Origin: Lingula anatina
Lineage: Eukaryota > Animalia > Brachiopoda
Length of the DNA: 64,000 bases
Assembly: GCA_051362555.1 (NCBI GenBank)
Contig: CM120649.1
Location: 9,548,001 to 9,612,000, forward strand
Direction: 5' to 3'
Positions 37,836 through 51,502 of the stretch are shown piece after piece. Made by a program: the position numbers and the translations under genes. Position 1 is the stretch's first letter. Every line of letters begins with the position of its first letter. The notes below the pieces were generated by a model. That model was not told where the DNA came from. It saw only the letters and a list, made by a program, of their open reading frames with translations, and searched no databases.

Positions 37836-40002
37836 TAGATATATCGTGCTGGTAGATATATCGGAGAGAACACGTGACTTATATACAATAGAATGCAGTA
37901 TACTGAGGAAGAAAATATTCCTGGGTTACTGTTATTAATTGACTTTGAAAAGGCATTCAATTCCTTGTCTTGGTCATTCATTCAAAAGGTTCTGACCTTT
38001 TTTAACTTTGGTGATTCAGTCAGGAGATGGGTATCATTGTTCTACAATGACATCTCTGCTACAGTAAATCAAGGGGGGAATATGTCGGAATTCTTTAAAA
38101 TTAATAGAGGATGCCGTCAGGGGGATCCCCTCTCAGCCTATCTCTTAATTCTATGCGCCGAAATATTGGTGGCGTTTATACGAAACAATGACAATATAAC
38201 AGGTATTAATATAGGTGCAAAAGAATTAAAAATTTCATTATATGCAGATGACACTACTCTTATACTTGACGGGAGTGAAAAGTCACTGAATGAATGTATG
38301 TTTGTCTTGGATAAATTTTCGAAGATCTCCGGTCTGCATATTAATCTCTCTAAAACTGAAGTTATATGGATTGGGTCAAAGCGACACTCTAAAGATATCC
38401 TCTGCCCAAAATATAGATTAGATTGGGGAAAAACTAGTTTCAAAATGCTAGGGATAGAATTTGACGTAGATTTAGGTAAGATAACGAAGCAAAATATGGA
38501 GACCAAATTAACTTCCATGAAAAAAATATTTAATCAGTGGAGAGAAAGAAATATAACACCAATTGGTAAAATACAGTAATAAAAACATTAGCCTTGTCGG
38601 TATTGAATCATATATTTATATCGCTCCCAAACCCAGAGGAAAAACAGATTAAATATTAGAAAAGTGTCTTTTTTCTTTTCTCTGGAATAATAAACCTGAT
38701 AAAATTAAAAGAAATATCATTATAAGAGATTATAAAGCTAGGGGCTTGAGGATGGTAAGCGTGAGGCATTTTATAAAATCGTTAAAAATTCCATGGGTAA
38801 GAAAACTTATGTTCGAAAATAAAGATTGGAAAAATATTATATCTAAATATGTAGACACTGAAAAACTAATCACATGTGGTACAGAATATATCTCAAAAAT
38901 CTTGAAAAACATAAAAAATAGATTCTGGATTGATGCCTTAGCATCCTGGAAAGAACTCTGTGGTACAATAATGGCCAATAAAATCAAGGATTTTGGTAAC
39001 ATTCCACTCTTTCTAAATGAAAATATACTTATTGGAAATAAACCTGTCTTCCATACATCGTGGTATGACAAAAACATTAGATTTGTTAATGATCTACTCC
39101 TGGACTCTGGAGAGTTCTATGACTTCACTGCGTTCAGGGATATCCACGGTATTGACACAAATTTTGTCGAATACCATGGAATTATCTCAGCCATAAAAGA
39201 ATGGCTTGGTGGTATTCCTGAAAAATTAAGTAAAATTGCCACTCCTTTAATTCCTGATCATATATTTTTGCTGTCAGGTTGTTCAAAAGGTTCAAAGATT
39301 TATTATAAAACTTAAAGTAAAGCAGGTGTTCTTGAGAGGTCAAAAGGTATGAATAAATGGAAGGAGTTGTTAAATTTGGAGGAAAATGAATGCCCGAAGA
39401 TTTTCAAACTTCCTTTCACAATAACAAAAAATTCAAAGCTTCACTGGTTCCAATTTCGAATTAATCATAATATTCTTACCACAAATTCACTGCTTTTCAA
39501 ATATAAAATGGTCGACAACAGTATATGTTCCCTTTGCAAAGGAGCTGAAGAAACAACAGAGCATTTATTCTGGAATTGTGCGCTTACCCAAAAATTATTG
39601 ACCGACTTGGTAGAAAATATATTAGCTAATACTCAAGTTACTCTACCTGTCTCAAAAAGGAATTGCTTAGTCGGCTCTATGAGCCTCTCTCCAATTATTA
39701 ATCTCATTATGTTGCAATTTAAATTTTATATTTACTTAAGAAGATGTTCACAGGGTAAACCAACATTAGGTTTGATTTCATCGCTTAGATATCTGGTGAA
39801 AACAGATAAGTCAATCTGTCAGTACAATTCAAATATAATTAAGATAATTTCAATTTGAATATTTAGCGTATGACAATGTAATTAACTAAAAAGTGTTATA
39901 TAGTATAACATCTCTTATGTGTGAGTGTGTGAGCGAGTGTCTGTTTGTTTGTATTTGTATTGTCATGTATTCTTGATGTATTGTGTATATATAAAAAAAA
40001 AA
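37836..40002 (+). mobile_element. 5'-truncated L1/Tx1-clade LINE, a different family from the one at 11-16 kb
   Basis: Starts inside RT (GRYIGENT) and ends in a GT-rich 3' UTR with an A-run at 39993-40002. Confidence 0.9.
37851..39858 (+). pseudogene. LINE ORF2 fragment (RT to CCHC finger)
   Basis: LIDFEKAF, GCRQGDPLS, LYADDTT, WFQFRINHNIL and CSLC...EHLFWNC in three frameshifted pieces. Confidence 0.9.
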
Positions 40003-40032
40003 TCTGACTAGATAAGGTTGACTTTTAATATA

Positions 40033-40431
40033 ATCAAGGAGTTATAACAGAAGATTACACGTGAGCCTCTCTATTGTCCGATGTCTGTTACGGTGGGCGG
40101 AGCTAGCTACGGGGGTGGGGGTGGGGGGCTCCTGTCTCAAGGTTTCGTCTGCGTCACTCTCACCTTGGAGATTGATTTCATGTGCGTTATATCGAGTTAG
40201 AATTCGAGATCAGTAGTGTCAACGCTGTATGCTGACGATTTTTTTTCAGAGGTGGTTATTTGGACGATGTGCTGGAAGGGAATGATATCATAGAGAGAGG
40301 TGATGGGATGGTGACTGAGGAGAGTCGCCATGAGTTTTAATTTCTATCGATGATAGATAGCTTTTTATTGCACACCCTAGAGATAAATCACCTAAAAGTC
40401 GAAAGAAAACATCCTGTTATAACTCTTTGAT
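40033..40431. mobile_element. MITE-like element with ~20-bp TIRs
   Basis: ATCAAGGAGTTATAACAG at 40033 and CTGTTATAACTCTTTGAT ending at 40431. Confidence 0.6.
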
Positions 40432-40558
40432 ATAATAGAAGAAATATAAGTTAAAGAATATCATCATAAAAATAGTAAAAATACATCATATTCTGATATT
40501 TAGACCAGATTTATTATTTTTCATTCAACCCTTATCAAAAATTGCCTATATGAATTAT

Positions 40559-40981
40559 AATAGGATTTCCTATAGGTTCCTATAGAAATTCCTATAAGAT
40601 TTCCTATATAGGATCCTAAAGGAATATTTGTAATGGTCTGAACATAAATTTAAAAAAAATTTCAGCTTCAATTTGGTACAAAAACATTCCTAATAAAAAA
40701 ATATTTCTCCATAAAAGATTGCTTTATAAATGATCAATTTTTTTCAACATTTTTTAAAAATAGAAATTAAAGAATTTCTATAGAAGAGTAAGAGATTGTA
40801 CATTATAAACAATAAAAAGCTTATTTGCTTTAATAGTGATATTTAATTGACAATTCAACTAATTAAATTGATCTATATCAAATATCTGTTGTTTAGAATG
40901 ATATTTGTTTATAAGATATGCATTTTTCTCAAGATTTTAACTAACATTAATTTCTTATAGGATCTTATAGGAAATCCTATT
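40559..40981. repeat. inverted repeat built of CCTATA(G/A)G units around a very AT-rich core
   Basis: AATAGGATTTCCTATAGGTTCCTATAGAAAT vs ATTTCTTATAGGATCTTATAGGAAATCCTATT. Confidence 0.6.
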
Positions 40982-43190
40982 AACCTTTTTCATCTTTTCC
41001 GGAAATGGAAATTGCATTGTGGGAAAGTGAGTCCTTGCTATGTCGAAACACTTACAGCGGTGCTAAAAACCATGGCTGGGTTTATGTGCTTTTTGTCCTG
41101 CTGCTACAATAACAGTAAGCGAGATCGACACATGAGGTTTAATAAGTTCCCAACAAACCCGTTAAAATGAAAAATATAGTAGAAAGAAAGGAAAATATAG
41201 CAGGTTTGGGTCAAAAGCAGGGCACCGCGTTTGCACTGAACATTTCAAAGGCAGGAAGAAAAACTATAATATTAGGTGCTTAAATAAAAAACAGAAATGC
41301 TTAGCTAATCAACGGATATAACGAACTATCGGCAAATAGAACTCAGGGGTAAACAATGCGAGAAAAAAAAAAAACATTATAAAGATCTGAAGAAAAAAAG
41401 AAAAGACTTTAAGCATTAGATTATGGAAAAAGAAACTAAAAGCTGTGAAGATTTACACAGGGATTCTACTAACAAAAAATTCAAGAACTTTCACAACTTC
41501 TTGTATAACAACAAAGAGAGGGTTTGAAAAGTTTTGTATGTAATATCCTTTTTTTGTTTGTGTTTTATTAATATGTGATAATTTTAAATATAGTAGCCTA
41601 TCACAGGTTTTAGTCTCTCATAACCCTTAGTAGGGTGGGTTTCATTTTTTTTTAACTTGAGACGTGAATAAAATTATTATTATTATTATTATGTATCCAG
41701 TCCCATATTACTAATTTGTACAAACGGGGTTCATATTATCAAGATCAACAGAGACATACAAAGAAGAAAGTAAGCCTACATCGATCGACTCTTGTTGAAC
41801 GCGTTATCGGCAAAATAAAAAGTTATTTATTTCTGAACTCAATGACAAGAGAATTGGAAAATTCAATGGACATATATTGTTATTTACAAAAAATGCAGAA
41901 AAGCCTTTCTGTAAGCTACAGGTGCATAGGCTAATACATGTATGGTAAAGACAAAATGGATAATAAAAATAATCTAACAACGTATTTGTAAAGTAATACA
42001 AATATATGCTTAGTATTAAAGTAGGCCTACGGGTATTTACCTGTCTTAGATACTTGAAAAGTATGAAATGTATGGAAAACAGTTTATTTGAATGATTTTA
42101 TTGTTTATGATTGAAAATGATGTAAATACGCATGAAAACATTTTAAAATAAAAAAATTTGGCCTCTTGGTATGATTTTGTTTTGGTCTGATGCTTTTGTT
42201 TCAGTTTGACATAATTTTCATACCGAAAGTCTGACATTTTTTACCTGCCATAAATTTTGTACATATACTAGTGTAAGACACAGTAAACTGTTTAATTGTT
42301 GTCTGCGAAGGAGTCAAAAATTCCTGTCTCACCTACATCTTGTATTTAACACTTAACACAGGGTTTCAATTACAGAAGAAAGGTCGTGGTTGTGGCCACC
42401 CCCCTTACCGAACAATTGAAAAAGTAACACCTGATGCCTTATCAGGTACCAAATGATTTAATTAGTTAGCCGACGAACAATCTGCGTGTCAGTTTTACCT
42501 GTATAAACAGTAGGTACGAGTCAAGCAATGCAGGAAATCTTTTTATCTTATAATTTCAAAAATATCTTAAGACATCCTTCAAACAAGACATAAAAATCAT
42601 AATGAATTGATACTGCCAGTACATTTACACATGATAGTAAATGAAGTGATATCGCCACAGCTTGCATAATTACATGTAATATTGTGAAGACATAGGCCTA
42701 CGCACCTGTCCACACTCTAAAAAGCTGTGTGCGAGTCTACTGGCTATTTTGATTTCATAAAAAAAATATATAACGTGTCTCTTTCGCATATCTTTATTAT
42801 CGGAAGCATTTAAAAGAACTCTGAAGCTATAGTTCGTCATCACTATTGAAAGTGCAGCCAAGGCTCAGACCATTGGATGAAGTCTAGTTGTACAGAGCAC
42901 CATTTTTAAACTGAGAAATAAAACATTTAATTGCTCGATTCTCAGTCCAAATAGCTGTTTTCTTGCCTACAGTTGACGCATTTCTGTGCTTTAGCCACCT
43001 TTTAGTTTGACACATAGCCATGCATACTGCAAATGGCAATTTTATAGGCCTATATATATAAACACCGGGACCCTGTACATCATATCTACATAGTGGTGCC
43101 ATGCTGAAAACAGCAGACAACTACAATGACCCCTGTGGCACGCGGTTCCTGTCATGTGCACTTCTTATTTCATAGGATGTAAAAAGGTCT
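40981..43190 (+). mobile_element. decayed ISL2EU-like (Harbinger-related) DNA transposon with two convergent ORF relics
   Basis: Plus strand: THAP-like MAGFMC..CYNNSKR..FNKFP..GHRVCTEHFKG (41072-41268) and DDE_Tnp_4-like VERVIGKIKSY (~41794). Minus strand: SAP-like KRWLKHRNASTVGKK. Partial TIR ACCTTTTTCATC / GATGTAAAAAGGT, with AT at both flanks. Confidence 0.6.
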
Positions 43191-45055
43191 ATATACATGA
43201 AATTTTGTCTATATAAAGATTTATGCTAAGCGAACCCTCGCTCCCAACTCAGAACAGTTAAAATTAACCCTTATAATTGTCACCTTAAAAATATATATAA
43301 CTGAGTGCATGGGATCTAAGTGACCCTTTTCCAAAATAATAATTTCTTAGGTACAACATACATGTATAGTGGCAATGGTCACAATGGGATTGAAGAGAAT
43401 TGCCAGTGTAGCAGTAAATATCATTGTTGTACTGACATGTGATAATCCAGGAAACACATCATCTCTACTGAAAACAGATAATATATCATCAATAAAAATA
43501 TATATATGCAGACACATACGTACAGTATGTAGTTACAACACAGACATATAACACAGTGATTATAATATATCATTGTATTATAATAAACACATACAGCAAC
43601 AATAGACAGTGATCAGAATACATACAGACACACATGTCACAACAGACAATGGACAGGCATCAGAATTTATACACGAAAATTTGTCTATATAAAGATTTTT
43701 GCTAAGTTCACCCCCCGCCCCCCAACCCCGAACAGTTTACATTTACCCTTGTATCATATGATATTTATATTGAATATATAAATATAAAACTGAGTGGGAT
43801 CTAAGTGTCCTTTTTCCAAAATGATACTTTCTCAGGTACAACATATTATAATAAACACATACAGCTACAATAAAGACATAGACAGTGATCAGAATACATA
43901 CAGACACATTCAATGTCTCAGCAGACAATGTAAAGGCATCAAGGTGTATACATGAAATGTTGTTTATATCAAGATTTTTACTAAGCAAACCCTCGCCCCC
44001 CAACTCTGAACAGTTTACATTAACCCTTATCACCTTGAACACATCAAAAACTGATTTGGATCTCAATGACCCATTAACAAATTCAGGCCTACCCAACTAC
44101 CAGATTCGGCACCTACGGATCCAGAATAAACCGGTATATCAGACCACGCTACCCGTTTTCAAGGTGTGTGTCAGATTGCATTACAGAGTAGCATACCCCA
44201 TCACAAATTTTGTAAGCCTACCTGTCATCCGGGTATCGCGTCTCGTTTTCGTCAAGTAGGAGTCGTATAAATACAACAACATGGAAATCGGCAATCCTCG
44301 GCTCATTCCGCAAGCTCCATACTATTGTCGAGTGCGGAGACAGCGGAGTAGTTCTGAGTGACAACATGGCAACAGACGACTCACTGAATCTCGTCCAGAA
44401 AATATTAAACCCCCGACAGAATAAGCTTCCGCTATCAAAATTAGGTCTACTTTTCTAAATGAGTATATAAGTTTGCAAGATCTTATTTACAAAACATCAT
44501 TGGCTATGTTCCAACCTAAATTTTATGTTAGAAATTGCGGTATTGTCTGATTTTTAGCATAAACAGGGAAAATTGCAGCAGCGCATGAATCTAGATGAGA
44601 TGCACTACTTTCCAACCCCGCTTTAGACCACGGTGGAAGTGAAGAACAAAAGACTCAGACATGGTGTAACTCGCATAACCGCACATCTCGCATGAATGCG
44701 TTATAACCTGTTCATGGACCCGTGGTCTAAATAAGATACACACTCGTCTATGCCACATAACCCTCGCTGACTCGGGGTCTATCTATTACTAGGATCATCG
44801 CTATCACATCGCGCACCAGGCAAAATCAGTGTGGTGGCTGATACTCTGTAATGCGATCTGACACACACCTTGAAAACGGGTGGTGTGGTCTGATATACCG
44901 GTTTATTCTGGATCCGTAGGTGCCGAGTCTGGTAGTTGGGTAGGCCTGAAATTATAATTTTCCAGTTACAACATATAGTAGCAATGGTCACAATGGGATT
45001 GAATAGAATCACCAGTGTAGCAACAGTGTTGTTGCACTGACCTTTGTTGATGCTG
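43191..45055. repeat. ~500-bp satellite-like array, segment 3 (interrupted at 44084-44948)
   Basis: AACTGAGTG..GGATCTAAGTG at ~43279 and ~43788; the unit resumes after 44948. Confidence 0.85.
44084..44948. mobile_element. 865-bp non-autonomous TIR element with 5-bp TSD AAATT
   Basis: ~110-bp near-perfect TIRs CAGGCCTACCCAACTACCAGA... / ...TCTGGTAGTTGGGTAGGCCTG. AAATT at 44079-44083 and 44949-44953. Confidence 0.9.
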
Positions 45056-46661
45056 TGTGCATGGTTGTTTAAAATTATATTCCATTAATAACATGCCCAT
45101 GAGAGTTCTAAGTCCCACATTGAAAATGCCATGCAATATGTGAAAGACAAAAATTTCACAATAATGCACACAGAAGAAGTAGCCAATTAGACTGCTTTTG
45201 TAACTCAGTCTGCATTAAGATCTTGTGTTTCTTTCCTGTAAGGTTAAGAAGAATAAAGCCTAGATAACATTTGAAATCCGATGCCTGTATGGTACATGTA
45301 TACTGCCAGTAATACCCTTTTTGTACAGTATCTGAGCATGGAATTGTATGGATTTAGGTCACAGCAGCCTCTACAATTTTCTCAAGCTGTAACTTTTGCC
45401 ATATCTAAAAATTGTAAGCCTGTAGACCGTAACAATATCTTACTAATAAAATGTATTTGGGGAAATAACTAAAAGCTTTTGGGAAATTAATTAAAGCATA
45501 TAACATTTTTAAATTTGTATGATTGAATACAAGACCCTAATTAATCAACATTATGCTTTTCAACATCAGACAGCATCTGAGGTTCAGCAGTTAAAAGTGC
45601 TTGTCAATTCAGTGTACAAAATGGATAGTGTTCCATCTAAGCAAATGCAAAAACTGAAAGATTCAGTGCTTTCTACATGTAAATTAATTAGCAGTGCATA
45701 TTATGTTAGTCAATGTGTAGTTGACTTGAAGTAATGTGAAAGTATAAAATCTTAAAACATTCAGTCTGTTAATAAACATGAATATGGTCAGAAACTTATA
45801 CTAGTAATATACTTTTACAAGCAGCTTGGTTCCCATAGTCTTTTTTCTATCTAATATGTGAACATTCAATTGTATCATAGTGGTGATTTCACGGCCAAAC
45901 TTCATTTTAGAAAACTTTCACATTTAAATCAAATTAAATCAACATTTGGTAAAGATTGTTCAAATGCCTCCATTATAATGATATAATATTACATGAATCT
46001 GATTATGTATTTTATTCATTAGAAAGAACTGTAACCAAGTTTTAAAAGGATGTTTTAAGTTTTAAACGAATTGAACAACTTCATTTATGGCTTCATCTCC
46101 TAGTTGCAGTTAAAGTCAGTGTCAGTTTAATTGTTAAAGGTCACTAGTAACATGCCTTAAGGGATGGATGTACCCAAATATGGATAAAAATCGTCATTTT
46201 TGGTTTTTTATGTCTAATTATTGGTTAAATATGTATCTTACGTTTAACAGAATAAAATTTTTACATTTTGAACAAAAAATATGTTTTTTCTGAGGATTCT
46301 GATGCTGCACACATCGGCACCGGTGGCCTGGTCTATGCCACGCCTTCGTTGTCAAGGGCCGTTGGCATGGGTAAACTCGGTGGGCAGACCTTAGCAGCAT
46401 CAGCACGACTAGAGAAACAATAGAACAGGGATGTGCGATGCCCCCTTTGTCATAAACAGCGATCGGCAAAGCAGTGGCTATTGTTCTGCTTAAGCTGTTT
46501 TGATAGTCGCTCTTGATTGTGATCAGCGCTAAGATGAATCTTTTTCAACACATTGGATTTGCTCGAAATACGCGTTCTCCCTTGAATAGCTTGTTGTTAC
46601 ACACGCTTTTTCGATTTCCTTGTTAACTTTTTAAGATACGCAAAAAAAAAAAAAAAAAAAA

Positions 46662-49600
46662 AAACAAGGTAGCAAAGCTGTCAAATGTACACACAAAAAA
46701 ACAGAAAAAAAAAGATGCAAAATAGGCAGTGTTTGCCTCTTAGGAAATTTAGTTGCTGGACCAAAAGTCCAGCCATCTTGAAAAGTAGCTGGACTGAATG
46801 TCTATCAGGTGGGAAAACTTCTCAGCCCATTCTGAAAGTTGTCAGCCCCGGGCAGACGGTCCAGCCTTAATTTCTAACACTGAAAATAGGTCATTTTGTC
46901 AATTTTGATGCAATAATAAATGCTTATAATAGCACAGTCAGTCAACACTGATTTTTAATCATGCACAACAGGTAACATGGTCAATAACAGGAGCAGATCC
47001 AGAGATATTTTCTGACAGTATTCCAAAGTATCTTTGTTGATCCATCCTCCATTTTGATGGTCTTCCAACAGAAACCCGTTAATATAAACTTTAAAATCTG
47101 ACTGTCTTCCAGGAGACCCAGAAGATGGTCTTAATCCACCCTTTCAATAAGATTACAGTGTCAGGACCATGAGAGTTAAAATTCACATGATGAAAGTCCC
47201 AATATATGAAAAATGATGACAGTGCATAAAATAATATTACAGCGTGTTTAAAGACATAAAACCAATACAGCTGCTTATGTGGAAATACTGAAAATGTGCA
47301 GAGCCTCAGGTGGATGGGAGTTAAAAATCACATCTTAAAAATGCCAGTGTTGGAGAAAAAAATTAAATAGAAAACAACAAAAATATAATGCCAATAAAGC
47401 TGTTATTCACTGCTTCCTTATTATGGACACTATGTTATCTAGCAGAGAGCTTAACCTTTGGGAGTTTACAAGGAAATATCAACAAGTGTGCTTAATGAAA
47501 TTTCATTTTATGGCCACTTAATTAAGCAAATGAGTTTATAGCACTGAAATTAGCCTAGTGAATACCCAAGGGGAATTTACAGACTGACCACACAAATTTG
47601 TCTATCAAAGGTCTTCAGGCCCATAAGTCACACCTTAAGAAAAGTAGAAAACAATAATGCACAAAAACAGGAGACTGCCAATTATGATGCAATAATATAT
47701 TATGTTTAACTGCACAGTCAACATAAAATTTTAATTATGCACAACATGTAACAATGATGAAAGTAAAAGCATAAGGCTCCAGGCCCATCAGAGTTCAAGT
47801 TTTCAATTAGAAAGTGCCAGAATGAGAAAAATGAAAATTTCACAAAAAATGCATAAATTTAATAAAAATGATAATCCAATAGAGCTGGTTTTCTAATATG
47901 AGCTGTATGTCAATCCTAAGAATCATTCTTGTAAGAATAGTTAAAAAAATAGAATGTAAAACTTTACTTTACATACAGTAATATAAATGGTGGCAGAGCA
48001 CAAAGTAGGTTTTTTGTCAATTTTGATGCAATATTACATAATGATTAACTAATTAAATACCACCAATTTTAAAATATCTACTATTAAGAACATGGACATT
48101 AAGAAAAAAATTTGATTACCACTAGGCTTCATGCCCAAGGGAGCTCTAAGTCCCACATTGAAAATTGCAACATGTGAAAGATAAAAAATTTCACAAAAAA
48201 ACCTGTATTACTTCCAAACAATTAACTAATGAGACAATTTTTCAACTGAAGCTGTATTTCAGTCCTGTTTCTTTCCTGTAAGTGTGAGAAGAGCAAGTGA
48301 CATGGTTTTCCTTTCACCGCCACTACGGAGGCAGTGCCCAGAATAGGGTTTTGTTCAATTTTGATGCAATATTACACAATGCTTAACAACATAATAACCA
48401 TAAATTTTTAATGATAAAATAAAAGTATCATGGATATTCAGAAAAGGTGACTAGCCCATAGAGTTCAGAGTCATACTTTGAAAATCCCAAAATGTAAACA
48501 AGAGTAAACTGTGTTGAAAGAGTTTATTTCCATTTTCAAGACCTTTTTTACATAAAGCAAAATAATCAATTTACTGTCATTTTTATATGATCAATCAAAA
48601 ATATGTTGTCAAAGCAAAAATATCAATAGAACAATTATAAATGTCCAACTTGCTCCATTCTGAGATTCTGAACATAGTGGATAATTGAATCTGACAAACT
48701 GCAATGATAAGAGTTTATTTCCATTTTTGACACTTTATTACACAATACACGATAACAAGTTTACCATCATTTTTACATAATCAACTAACAATGTTGTAAA
48801 GATGCAGGAAATGTCAAACAAGTACTTTTACGTATCTTATTAGTTCAATAATGAGACTGTTAACATGCATATGAATTGAATCTGAAATTGAAATGTGAAA
48901 AAAAAGCATAACTTCTAAAAAAATGGCCTGATTAAGCTGATTTTCAAACTCAACCTGCGTTTTAGTAAGATTGACCACTCCTTTGAGTATAATGACAATT
49001 GGCCAATCTGTTTTTCTTATATTGTGTTATCAATGTTGCATATATGTTGAAAAAAGTGAAAAAACAGCATAACTTCCCTAAAAATGACCGGATCATGCTG
49101 ATTTTCGAACTTGACCTGCGTATCATGAATATTCATCAGTTCTGTAAGTTTCAAGCCCAAAGGTAAAATGGTTTTCCACTTATCGTGTTATCGGTGCTGC
49201 ATATATGCTGAAAAAAAGTGAAAAAACAGCAAAACTTTTATAAAAATGCCCTGATCATGCCAATTTATGAACTTGACTTGCGTATTAAAGATATTCATCA
49301 GTTCTGTAAGTTTCAAGCCAAATAGTAAAGCGGTTCTTCACTTATCGTGTTATCAGGGTTGCATAAATGCTGAAAAAAGTGAAAAAAACTGTATAACTTC
49401 AATATAAATGGCCCGATCATGCTGATTTTCGCACTTGACCTGCGTATTATGATTATTTATCCATTCTGTAAGTTTCAAGCCAAAAGGTAAAATGGTTTTT
49501 CAAATATTGTGTTATCGGTGTTGCATAAATGCTGAAAAAAGTGAAAAAAACTGCATAACTTCCATATAAATGGCCCGATCATGCTGATTTTCAAACTTGA

Positions 49601-49911
49601 CCCGCGTATTATGAATAATCATCAGTTCTGTAAGTTTCAAGCCAAATGGTAAAACGGTTTTCCACTTATCGTGTTATCGGTGCTACATAAATGCTGAAAA
49701 AAGTGAAAAAACAGCATAACTTCCCCGAAAATGGCCCGATCATGCTGATTTTGAACTTGACCTGCGTATTATGAATATTCTGTAAGTTTCAAGCCAAAGG
49801 AAAAATCAGTTTTCCACTTATCATGTTATCGGTAAAAGTGCACGGCGACAGCGACGACAGACGCAGTGATGGCTATATGTACAGACACATCTGTGTCTGT
49901 ACATAAAAAAA
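46662..49911 (-). mobile_element. HINE-like element, copy 2 (longest), about six ~162-bp units
   Basis: Same termini as 23421-25275. GTGAAAAAA anchor at ~48895, 49057, 49218, 49379, 49541 and 49703. Confidence 0.82.
46727..46882. mobile_element. 156-bp hAT-type MITE with 8-bp TSD
   Basis: AAAATAGG|CAGTGTT...AACACTG|AAAATAGG. The sister HINE copy shows the empty site at ~59990-60008. Confidence 0.88.
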
Positions 49912-51502
49912 GAAAATTCCATTGCTTGCTACCCGTGACAGCAACCGTCATACTATCGATCCATCTTCAAGAACAGCTCGATGCAGTCGTTAGATTTTAT
50001 AAATCTATGCAACTTGGGCAATTTGGCCTAGCATCGAGGCGCAACTAGCCTCTAGCCCTCTCTTAATTATTTCTGCTTACCAATGATCATCGGAAAATTA
50101 ACAATAATATCTAAGCTTTCCAACTGAAACGCAGTTAACGCAAGTGTCAAGATGACATCAAGCTCTAGTCTTGCTAGCATGCCATATACTAATTTCAGCT
50201 TATCTGCAATTATTTCTTTGTGCATCAGTTAAAGTTAAATACCTTGATGTCGGCTTATCTGCAATTATCAGGTTAGGCATCATGAAAAGTTAACGATCTG
50301 ATAATATCTCCCAGTTCCATCTCACCTGAGATCACGAAAGAGCTTATTATCAACATTTTGATTTTTCCGAATTATTCATTATGACTATAAGATATGAGCT
50401 GTACAATAAGCCCTAGCATTTTAAACGTAAATTTATGCTGGTATACCGCGAGGTACAGTTCTGGATGCATGTACGCACTTTCAAGGCCAACATAGTGCTT
50501 TTTTCTTCAACAATTATAGCAGAATTTTTCCTGACTCACCCAACTTTAGACATTTCCTCTAACAAAGCCTTTTTGGTTGCATCTATTTCTTGTTGTTGAT
50601 GGTCCGATCGGCGTCCTGTAACACGACTGTTTTTGAACCATTTTTCGCTTGGCAAATCTGGACAAGACTGCCTGCGATGCTGCTATAATGTGCATATCCT
50701 AAAGCGCATCCCTAACACTTCCCCCGACAGCAATTGACGTGGCCACTCATTGCTTGAGTCATTAGGGCTTACTTGATTGCCTGTCAATCATTCTGGCAGT
50801 GCTAGCGGTAACCCCTTGAAGTTACTAACAGGAGGTGAGATTGATTCTTACATCCAAATGTATGCAAACAAGCTAATTTCAACTGGCAATAGAGTACCCA
50901 TCTTCGCAATCGTCAGAATGATACGAGTAAAGCTGTCAACAATTTAATTTGCTATTTTGGACAATTAACTTCCCTGAAAGGGTTTTTGCTTGTTTTCTTC
51001 GCTTTCAATATTGACAAGATAACATTATCGGAGAGAGCTATAACCTGTACACCTGAGGGAGACCAAATTCACCATGCTAATTAAGAAATGTATATGCACT
51101 AAAAGTGATTTTTAAGAAATTTTGATTGATCCTCTCTTTTCTAATTTATTGACTTTGAAAGTGAAAATTCCTTAATATTTTGATGTAATTTCACGTTTTT
51201 TATAGATAAAATCAACAATAAGTTTCTGAAGAAAAATCCCCGACTCCGTCCTGTAGTACTTTGTTCAAGTGTTATAATGCCATTAAAAGCATGTTTATAG
51301 CTGTCCAGGTGCTTGAGAAAATCAGGTGTATAAATATGGTGTTTTTGTCCCCAAAATCCCAATATTACGTCACACGATGAAGTTGGAGCTGTGTTCCAAG
51401 CATAATTAGATATTTTGAAGATACATTAAATGAATGTGACAGGAATAAAAAAGCTAAGACCTTTATTTTAAGAGAAAATCTCAAACCTACATTCCCACCT
51501 TA

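Noticed and set aside
48890-49830. Regular array as a CRISPR-like locus
   Set aside because: Whole units repeat with no unique spacers, there are no cas genes, and the context is eukaryotic.
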